DNA of 64,000 nucleotides from Pirellula sp. (GTDB lineage Bacteria; Planctomycetota; Planctomycetia; Pirellulales; Pirellulaceae): NCBI GenBank assembly GCA_031372345.1, contig JANMLD010000301.1, positions 888 to 64,887 of the forward strand, read 5' to 3'. Shown piece by piece: positions 56,892 to 64,000 of this stretch (position 1 is its first letter; each line of letters starts with the position of its first letter). The notes under the pieces were generated by a model. It saw only the letters and a program-made list of their open reading frames with translations, ran no database searches and was not told where the DNA came from. The position numbers and the translations under genes were made by a program.

Positions 56892-58319
56892 ATGCAGAAT
56901 CCTGCAGTCCATTGGTCGGAGGGCATGTTTCTCCGACCACATCACTTCCAGGCATCCGATCGCTACTGGTCCGAACTAGCTGGGCGACATACGCAGTTGG
57001 ATCATCCGTATGGATACGGTGTTTCTCAAATTACCATATCCAACGATGCGCTTAATAACGGTGTACTGGAAATTGTGGGTCTGCGGGCACGCATGCGTGA
57101 CGGAACGATTGTTGTACGAGAACCGAACGACGTTCAATCCGTAGATCTTAACACGCGATTGAACCAGTCCCCGTCCAGCAATGCGCCGGTCATGGTTTTT
57201 CTGGCGGTCCCAAAAGCATCTCTCGGACGCGTCAATGTCTCAACAAATAACGGGGACGATCGATCGCGTTATATCGGGATCAAAAGGGAGTTGGACAACG
57301 AGAGTACGGGAACCAGTCCACAGGAAATTGGACTCTTGCAACTGAGGCACAGTATCCTCTTTTCCACGGACGATTTGGCTGGGTTTGAAGTTGTACCGTT
57401 GCTCCGACTGATTCGAAGCGCGTCGGATGGTGCGAAGTTTCGTGTGGATCCAAACTACTATCCACCTTCGATCACCATACAGTCTTGGGGGGAACTCTCC
57501 ACGCTCATACGCGATCTGCGGAATTTCCTGGGGAGCAGAATCAAGACGATGGGAAGCATCATTCAGGACAAGGGTATCTCGCTTGCCACCCAAGTTCAGG
57601 GAGACTTGGAGAAGATACTGCTCATGCACGTACTCAACGAGTCTTACGGCGAGCTGTCTTGCTTGGCATTTGCATCGGGGGTACATCCGCTTGTCGTGTA
57701 CACTTCCCTCTGTTCTATCGTGGGACGCTGTTCCATCTTCGGACCGACCTCTGCAATCGAGGAGGTACCCAAGTACGATCACGACGATTTGGCTTTCATT
57801 TTTCGCTGGGCTTGCGATCAGATTCGCAAGCTGGTCAACGCGGTGAAAGAAGACGAATGCATTCAACGACCATTTATCGGGGCAGGAAAAGGGATGCATG
57901 TCGCCTTGGAACCGGAGTGGTTTGGGCCCGAATGGGATTGGTATTTTGGCGTCAGTCCAGTCAATTTCAGCGTCGAGGAGTGTTACCAATTGCTAAAAGA
58001 GTCGTTGGATTGGAAGTTGGGCGCGTCCGACAAAGTGGAGCAGTACATGACGCACCGGCAGCCCGGTTTAAAACTTCGGGGGGTGCGAGAATTGCCGCGG
58101 GGCCTCTCAAATCGTGGCAAATGGGTCTTCCTGCAAATATCATTAGATAACGAACCGTGGAAGCAGGTACAGCTTTCTCAAACGATGGCCATGCGAGTTC
58201 GAACGGAGCAAATCTCCAATTTGGATTCGCTTGAGGGGAATCGACGGCTCCACGTGACAGTCGGAGGCCAAGCGTATGGCCTGGAGTTCGCAATATTTGC
58301 AGTCAAAAAACGAATCTAA
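56892..58319 (+). CDS. tssK: Type VI secretion baseplate subunit TssK
   Basis: VHWSEGMFLRPHHFQASDR, YGYGV, R.RDGT, YYPPSI and HP..VY..L..IVGR ... PKYDHDDL...F. Confidence 0.92.
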   Translation: MQNPAVHWSEGMFLRPHHFQASDRYWSELAGRHTQLDHPYGYGVSQITISNDALNNGVLEIVGLRARMRDGTIVVREPNDVQSVDLNTRLNQSPSSNAPVMVFLAVPKASLGRVNVSTNNGDDRSRYIGIKRELDNESTGTSPQEIGLLQLRHSILFSTDDLAGFEVVPLLRLIRSASDGAKFRVDPNYYPPSITIQSWGELSTLIRDLRNFLGSRIKTMGSIIQDKGISLATQVQGDLEKILLMHVLNESYGELSCLAFASGVHPLVVYTSLCSIVGRCSIFGPTSAIEEVPKYDHDDLAFIFRWACDQIRKLVNAVKEDECIQRPFIGAGKGMHVALEPEWFGPEWDWYFGVSPVNFSVEECYQLLKESLDWKLGASDKVEQYMTHRQPGLKLRGVRELPRGLSNRGKWVFLQISLDNEPWKQVQLSQTMAMRVRTEQISNLDSLEGNRRLHVTVGGQAYGLEFAIFAVKKRI

Positions 58320-58337
58320 ATGAGCTCTTGAGCATTC

Positions 58338-58985
58338 ATGCAATCAGAATTTGCCAGCGCAGTAGATCCTATTTTTGTGGCTGCGTTACGGTTGGAGTCT
58401 CGCATTGAAAATCGCGACCGGATCGTCACCGCAGACGAGCGCGCGATCCTCATTCGAAAGATCGAGGAAGCCGAAGCCAAGCTTGGACTGCGAGAGGAAT
58501 GGAAGCTTTCTAAATATGCGATTTGTGCATGGATCGATTCCAAACTGATTGAGATACCGTGGCAAGAGAGCGGCTGGTGGAAAGACAATTGCTTGGAAAA
58601 GAAGTTCTTTGGGACCCGAGATGCGCACGAAGAGTTTTTTAAGAAGGCCATTGATGCAGGCAGTCTCCCCAGCAAAAACGCGTTGGAGGTTTTTTACCTA
58701 GCGGTCGTTCTGGGGTTTCGAGGGTTTTACGCGAACAGCGACTTGTCCTATGCTAGGCAGATGTCTCAGAAGCTGCGCGTACCAGATTCCATCGAAGCGT
58801 GGTCGCGAGAAGTCGTTCGAACGCTGCACTTCCGCCAGGGGCGACCAAACATCCCCGGAATGATTCAGACCGGCAGCACCGCGAAACCTCTCAATGGCAA
58901 ATCGATGCTAGTTCTGTATTCCATGTTGGGTTCATTGCTGGTGGCTATTGCCATCGCATGTTTTGTCTTCATTTATTACAAGTAG
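58338..58985 (+). CDS. tssL: Type VI secretion membrane subunit TssL (DotU family), no peptidoglycan-binding domain
   Basis: KYAICAWID..L, W....LE..FF.T..A.EEFF and LEVFYLAVVLGFRG.Y, with a C-terminal TM. Confidence 0.9.
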   Translation: MQSEFASAVDPIFVAALRLESRIENRDRIVTADERAILIRKIEEAEAKLGLREEWKLSKYAICAWIDSKLIEIPWQESGWWKDNCLEKKFFGTRDAHEEFFKKAIDAGSLPSKNALEVFYLAVVLGFRGFYANSDLSYARQMSQKLRVPDSIEAWSREVVRTLHFRQGRPNIPGMIQTGSTAKPLNGKSMLVLYSMLGSLLVAIAIACFVFIYYK

Positions 58986-58994
58986 CATCACATC

Positions 58995-60614
58995 ATGATG
59001 AGCTTTCTCTACGCCTTTGTGCAAACCATTACGACGCCGATTCGTGCGTTTTACTACGTTTTATCCGAACTCAACCCTGGATTTCGCACGGTCTCTCGCT
59101 GGTCGCTGGCGTTTAAATGGGCTTTGCTCTCCTTGACGTTTTTACTGATCATTTGGTTTGCTGCATTCATCATGCATTGGACGGACGATCAACGAAGCGC
59201 CATGGACTGGTTGAAATGGGATTTGATCGCGCTTCCTTTTATATGCGTGATTCCGTTCCTTGTATTCTACTTCGTGAAATACTTGATGATGGTAGAGGTT
59301 TCGCGATACCCCGACATCGATCGCATTTGGACCGAGAGCATTCGCGACGCGGCCAGCAAAGGCATCTTAATTGCGAATACGCCTTTGTTCTTAGTGTTAG
59401 GAGTCAGCAAACAGCGAGAGGCCAGTACGGTGGTCAATCTTATGGGGCTCGATTTCACGGTCCACGTCCCTTCCGCGGGCGAGTCCCCGATATCGGTACA
59501 CGCTTGCAGTCAAGGCTTCTTTGTCTTTTTGAATCAATGCAACTGTGTTTCCCGACTCTCAATGGCCTCCAGCGTCGCTTCGGTATCGAGTCCAATCACG
59601 GAAAACACGGGGATTCCGCCGACGGAGGTCAGCGGAACGATAGATGCGAATCAGTTCGGAGCCATGCGTTTTCCGATGAGCGATTCTGCTGTCGCTTCGC
59701 CGGTAGCCCATTCCTCGCCAATCCAACCAGGCGGGACCATGCTGCTCGACGAAAGCCAAGACATGTCGGAACTTTGGAAAACCGCAGTTACTACGAAACA
59801 ACTGGCTTCCCAAGATGTTGTCGACTGTGAAGACAAGATGCGCCACGTTTGCAAACTCATCAAGAATTCTCGCCTACCTCTGTGCCCAATCAATGGCATC
59901 GTATCGACTCTGCCGTTTGAATTAGTTGAATCATCCAGCGGCCAGCTTCAAATTGCGATTCAAAAAGACCTAGCGATTCTTCGGCAAGAATTGCAGGTTC
60001 GATGCCCCAACACCGCCTTGGTTACCGGCATGGAGACCGAAGATGGCTTCATCGAACTAATCAAACGCTTGCCCCCAAGTCAATCGAGCGAGAATCGTTT
60101 TGGAAAGGGATGTGATCTTTGGGTCGCCCCGGAGGCAGCTAGGTTGGATGCCATCGCTATTCATGCGACGGCCGCCTTTGAAGATTGGATCTACATGCTC
60201 TTTCAGGAAGAGAATGCGCTCAAAAAGCAACACAATTCCCGGTTGTTCATGATGTTGTGTCGTGTCCGAGGTGTTTTTGCAGAAAATCTCCGATCGGTCA
60301 TCTCGCGAGGCTTTGGTTATGATCCCAAAATTGAGCCGCACCTAGCATACGAACAATTCTTGTTCGGCGGATGCTATTTTGCTGCCACGGGATCGGGACC
60401 AACTCAACAAGCGTTTGTGAAAAGCGTCTTTGCCAAGACCCTGCAACAGGAAGGAGAACTTGAATGGGCTCCCGCAGCAAGGCGCGTTGACAATTACTAT
60501 CATTTCCTAGCAAACATAGCGGCTTTGTGTGGGATGATTGCTTTGATCGGGATAGCGGCCATGTTGGTTCACAAATATGCAATCATGCCTGGACAAGAAA
60601 CACCTTTGCCATAG
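58995..60614 (+). CDS. tssM: Truncated TssM/IcmF-like protein (two N-terminal TMs, cytoplasmic domain, third TM, no periplasmic domain)
   Basis: PLFLVLG, PINGIVSTLP, LQVRCPNTALVTGME and FGGCYFAATG align with IcmF cytoplasmic motifs. The protein ends ~12 aa after TM3. It follows tssL by 9 nt. Confidence 0.75.
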   Translation: MMSFLYAFVQTITTPIRAFYYVLSELNPGFRTVSRWSLAFKWALLSLTFLLIIWFAAFIMHWTDDQRSAMDWLKWDLIALPFICVIPFLVFYFVKYLMMVEVSRYPDIDRIWTESIRDAASKGILIANTPLFLVLGVSKQREASTVVNLMGLDFTVHVPSAGESPISVHACSQGFFVFLNQCNCVSRLSMASSVASVSSPITENTGIPPTEVSGTIDANQFGAMRFPMSDSAVASPVAHSSPIQPGGTMLLDESQDMSELWKTAVTTKQLASQDVVDCEDKMRHVCKLIKNSRLPLCPINGIVSTLPFELVESSSGQLQIAIQKDLAILRQELQVRCPNTALVTGMETEDGFIELIKRLPPSQSSENRFGKGCDLWVAPEAARLDAIAIHATAAFEDWIYMLFQEENALKKQHNSRLFMMLCRVRGVFAENLRSVISRGFGYDPKIEPHLAYEQFLFGGCYFAATGSGPTQQAFVKSVFAKTLQQEGELEWAPAARRVDNYYHFLANIAALCGMIALIGIAAMLVHKYAIMPGQETPLP

Positions 60615-60670
60615 TTAGTTGTTAGTTGTCAGTTGTTAGTTGTCAGTTGTTAGTTGTCAGTTGTCAGTTG
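60615..60670. repeat. Heptamer microsatellite (t[t/c]agttg) x8
   Basis: ttagttg ttagttg tcagttg ttagttg tcagttg ttagttg tcagttg tcagttg, immediately after the tssM stop. Confidence 0.95.
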
Positions 60671-60825
60671 TCCTTCGCCCGTGACTTCACGTCAGATCGG
60701 GCCCTGAATGCGATTATGCTTGGGCTCAGCAAATCCATGGTTATGGACAGCGAACGCTGAACAACCGATAATGGTTGGCCTGTAATACTTCCATTCACAA
60801 TTCGACGTTGGTCAAGGAGAGAAGC

Positions 60826-62445
60826 ATGCCCGATACGTTCCCCTCGCATGAAACCATGGCGGTCGTTATGGATCGCAATCTAATCCGCGTTTTTTCACCG
60901 CTCAACGACGTCGATGCGCTGGCGCTGCAAGGATGTTCGGCAGAGGATCCAGCAACATGGGAGGACGTCGCCTTGATTTGGCCTCGTTATAAGTTTGATC
61001 CTGAGAACACAGAATTTGCCGATGGACTTCCCAGTCGTCTGGTCAGTCTCACCGAGGCCGTAAGGCTTCTCACGGATGCACCGGCTTGGTTTGTTTTGGA
61101 TCTGGATGGGCGACGCGTTCTTACGGGCGGCCAGTTTCCCTTGCTGCGACTGCGTCACAGCCTGATCGGGGAGCGGGACGAGACGACTCACATCACCGTG
61201 CTTCCGCCGTGGTGGGAATTGCTTCAGCATGTGGTACCCGATACGATATTTGGTCCCCGATCTTCACCGCTCATCATTCCTGATCCGCGCCGGGACGTTC
61301 TTTGGGGTTCTGTGCTCTGTTCCTTCTTTGCAGACCGGATGCTTGCTTTGATTCACAGCGGCGAGGACTGGGTCGGCACGGACTGGGAGGACGAGCCTTG
61401 CGGGCGTAGCGAGTTAACTTTAAGCGTTCATCGTGACTGGCTCATGACGGCGCGGACGGAACTGAAAGGTGGCATCCCTCGCGACTGTTTGCATATTGGG
61501 AAAGAATGGATTTCAGACTTGGTGGACGGCCAGACGTTTCGAGTCTATCGGAATGAAGCTCCGGTGCCGATTCCCGAAGAGTTATCGACCTTCGATTCGG
61601 CGGCGATGGGACGACACGAAGTGGTGCTGTACTTCGAGGCTTGCCGCGAAACGATCGAAGCTGGGTGGTTGTGGCTGCTGGAAGACGAGAGCCGAATTCG
61701 AAGTCGTGACGCATCAAAGCAGTTGGCTATAGCGATGGAGGGTTTTCTTGCGAGTTGGCGAGTGAGCCCGTTTGAGGGGGAGGAGTCGCCGGACGAAATC
61801 ATTCGATGCGAACGGGTTCGAATTCCAGTGGTAAGCGTCGGCGGCCCCATGATGGACTGTGACTGTCCGATTTGCCAGATGATGGCCAGCGAGAGCTTCG
61901 GACCTAGCATTCGTTCCTTCGATGGTCATTCGCTTGATATGGACGACGATTTTTCGTTCTCCATTCACCCCACTCGCGAGGCTTGGGAGGCTCAACAAAG
62001 AGAATTTGAAGAGATGGACGCCCAAATCAAAGCCGACCTAAAGCTTAAAGAGGAACGAGGGGAGGATGCGGAGGATCCTTTCGATTCGCCTTGGAAAAGT
62101 ACTTTTATTGCAGAAGAAAACATACCGGGAGACAGGTTCGGCCATTTCAGCACTGCGTTTCAGGTCGCCGAGTTGGTGGGTTGGTTAAAAACGGCGAAGG
62201 CTGAGCAATCCGAAATCGATATGCTTAACGCAGCCTTTCGAGACTATCGAACTGCGGCCCTACCCAGCCAGCGGGTTATTTCCGCGGAGAGTTTCAAGAA
62301 TGTTTTGGAACAATTAGCTGCAAAGTACGGGGAGCTCACTGGCCGCGCGGCAGATCTTCAAAGTCGTATCGATGAACGCCAGCGAGCTCATGCGAATTGC
62401 GATGACGACCTGGACGACTGCGATGACTCGGATATGCCGTTTTGA
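60826..62445 (+). CDS. Acidic hypothetical protein with CDCPIC motif
   Basis: RBS aaggag and ATG 60826, a long clean ORF, and VHRDWLMT.R..L.G..PR and DCDCPICQMM motifs. Confidence 0.75.
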   Translation: MPDTFPSHETMAVVMDRNLIRVFSPLNDVDALALQGCSAEDPATWEDVALIWPRYKFDPENTEFADGLPSRLVSLTEAVRLLTDAPAWFVLDLDGRRVLTGGQFPLLRLRHSLIGERDETTHITVLPPWWELLQHVVPDTIFGPRSSPLIIPDPRRDVLWGSVLCSFFADRMLALIHSGEDWVGTDWEDEPCGRSELTLSVHRDWLMTARTELKGGIPRDCLHIGKEWISDLVDGQTFRVYRNEAPVPIPEELSTFDSAAMGRHEVVLYFEACRETIEAGWLWLLEDESRIRSRDASKQLAIAMEGFLASWRVSPFEGEESPDEIIRCERVRIPVVSVGGPMMDCDCPICQMMASESFGPSIRSFDGHSLDMDDDFSFSIHPTREAWEAQQREFEEMDAQIKADLKLKEERGEDAEDPFDSPWKSTFIAEENIPGDRFGHFSTAFQVAELVGWLKTAKAEQSEIDMLNAAFRDYRTAALPSQRVISAESFKNVLEQLAAKYGELTGRAADLQSRIDERQRAHANCDDDLDDCDDSDMPF

Positions 62446-62560
62446 AGCGCGGAATTCCGGCGGTAGCACTGCTGTCACGAGGCAGTCAAACCCTCTACAC
62501 TGTGTGAAGGAAAGAATTTTTTGGTCCAACGACTCTGATTCCTGATTCACTAGAATTCTC

Positions 62561-64000
62561 ATGGAGGATCGTGTTTTGAAGGAAACATTTGATGGCAATA
62601 TGCTGCGAGAGCTGACAGTAGCGGCTTTACAGGATAACGCCGCCCTTTCGAGGGGGAGTTTAGAAACGCTGTCGCCTGACATCATTCGGCAGATGTTGCA
62701 GGAGCTAGAGGACCGTCGGTTTGAGCTGGAGATGCAGAACACGGAGCTTCGTCGCGCTCAGTTGGAAGTGGATGGTTGGAGGGCGAGCTATTTCGACCTT
62801 TTTGACCTTGCGCCGGTGGGCTATGTCACGGTCACCGAGCCGGGGGTGATCCTGCAAGCCAACCGGGCCGCAGCTACTCTTTTGGGCTTGCGGCAGGTTG
62901 ATCTTGTCAGGAAACCTCTTCCACGCTTCATTCACCCTGAAGATGTCGACGGCTACTACTTGCTGACCAAACAGGTCCTCGAAGGCAACGAACCGAAGGC
63001 ATGCGAACTGCGCATGATCAAGAGCGACGGCACGTCATTCTGGGTTCATCTGGCTGCCACCGGTGCGTTGGACGAGAATGGCCTAACTAGACTCTGCGTC
63101 GCTTTGAACGACATCTCCAACCTAAAGCGGGCGGAGCAAGCGCTGCGGGAAAGCGATGAACGCCACCGCCGACTCGTGCAAACGGCTGTGGAAGGAATCT
63201 GGACCATTGATGCCGAGTCACGGACGGACTATGTGAATCCTAAGATGGCGCAGATGATGGGTTACACTGCCGAGGAGATGCTTGGACGCCCACTCGACGA
63301 CTTCATGGACGACGAGGGGAGGGCCATGTTAGTAGATATATTGGACCGACGCAAAGGGGGAGTCTCTGAGCAGTTTGAATTCAAATACGTGCGCAAGGAT
63401 GGCACCAAATTATGGGCCTTTGTTTCGACCAATCCATTGTTCGATGCCAACGGTAACTATGTAGGGGCGCAAGCACTGCTAACGGACATCGGCGCACACA
63501 GGGATGCTGAGGCAGCCTTGCACTCAAGCGAGGAGCGTTATCGACGTATTGTGCAGACCGCCGAGGAAGGGATCTGGACGATTGACGCCGAGTCGCGAAC
63601 GGACTACGTCAATCCCAAGATGGCGCAGATGCTCGGCTACCATGTTGAAGAGATGATTGGACGACCACTTGAGGACTTCATGGACACTGAGGGGCGGGCC
63701 ATTTCCGCCAACAACGTGAATCGCCGTAAGCAAGGGATCGCCGAGCAGCATGAATTCAAATTTTTGCGCAAGAACGGTTCTGAGCTGTGGACATTCCTCT
63801 CGACCAACCCGATCTTCAATGCCAGCGGTATTTATGTCGGCGCGTTGGCGATGGCAACGGATATCACCGAACGGCGCCATGCGTTGCAACTGTTAGCCTG
63901 GGAAAAAGAGGCCTTGGAAATGGTCGGCAGCGCTGCCTCATTGCATGACCTGCTAAGCCAGTTAATGCTCGGCTTAGAAAACCAATTGCAGGGTGCGGTC
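62561..64000 (+). CDS. Multi-PAS sensor protein (3 PAS domains, then the start of a probable GAF domain); runs off the window and is absent from the ORF track
   Basis: My translation from ATG 62561 is open to the window end: ELEMQNTELRRAQ..YFDLFDLAPVGY, then twice EGIWTIDAESRTDYVNPKMAQM.GY..EEM.GRPL.DFMD, with PAC motifs RKDG/RKNG. Confidence 0.9.
   Translation, partial: MEDRVLKETFDGNMLRELTVAALQDNAALSRGSLETLSPDIIRQMLQELEDRRFELEMQNTELRRAQLEVDGWRASYFDLFDLAPVGYVTVTEPGVILQANRAAATLLGLRQVDLVRKPLPRFIHPEDVDGYYLLTKQVLEGNEPKACELRMIKSDGTSFWVHLAATGALDENGLTRLCVALNDISNLKRAEQALRESDERHRRLVQTAVEGIWTIDAESRTDYVNPKMAQMMGYTAEEMLGRPLDDFMDDEGRAMLVDILDRRKGGVSEQFEFKYVRKDGTKLWAFVSTNPLFDANGNYVGAQALLTDIGAHRDAEAALHSSEERYRRIVQTAEEGIWTIDAESRTDYVNPKMAQMLGYHVEEMIGRPLEDFMDTEGRAISANNVNRRKQGIAEQHEFKFLRKNGSELWTFLSTNPIFNASGIYVGALAMATDITERRHALQLLAWEKEALEMVGSAASLHDLLSQLMLGLENQLQGAV

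Noticed and set aside
56731-56955. N-terminal extensions of the giant ORF (to 56955) and of tssK (from 56748)
   Set aside because: They overlap each other on opposite strands. ATG 56730 and ATG 56892 give family-like N-termini and a 161-nt divergent promoter region.
60615-62445. Frameshifted continuation of tssM
   Set aside because: Stops occur in all frames right after the gene, and the downstream ORF has its own RBS and no IcmF C-terminal features.
60700-64000. Horizontally acquired high-GC island at the window end
   Set aside because: Some 60-nt lines reach ~65% GC but others are ~45%. No integrase, tRNA or boundary repeat is visible, and a sliding-window computation is needed.

Overview
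Gene-dense bacterial chromosome segment, probably a planctomycete (Pirellulaceae-like). This is inferred from the formylglycine sulfatase, two eukaryote-like Ser/Thr kinases, PQQ-propeller, BatA/DUF58 genes and intergenic REP-like palindromes; it was not checked by any search. About 44 CDSs are supported. Housekeeping: ilvD, rluD-like, amt, efp, DnaJ-class, asnB, flhA/flhF, hrpB, gltX, HtrA-like. Accessory enzymes: LarA-like racemase, FAD/Fe-S oxidoreductase, OleC-like ligase, sulfotransferase, cytochrome P460-like. No rRNA, tRNA or CRISPR array was found. Most notable: (1) a stand-alone tssK-tssL-tssM' operon whose TssM stops just after its third TM helix, with no tssJ alongside, head-to-head with a ~1400-aa membrane-anchored protein carrying a caspase-like His/Cys domain and an Ig-like C-terminus; (2) a family of miniature elements with shared termini (taaggcgagcggc...ctgccgctcgcctaa) carrying different REP hairpins as cargo and overlapping stop codons or an RBS; (3) a tandem array of triple-hairpin units resembling IS200/IS605 ends; (4) a catalytically eroded glutamine-synthetase paralogue next to an apparently exported isoaspartate methyltransferase. 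All family assignments come from motif recognition by eye.
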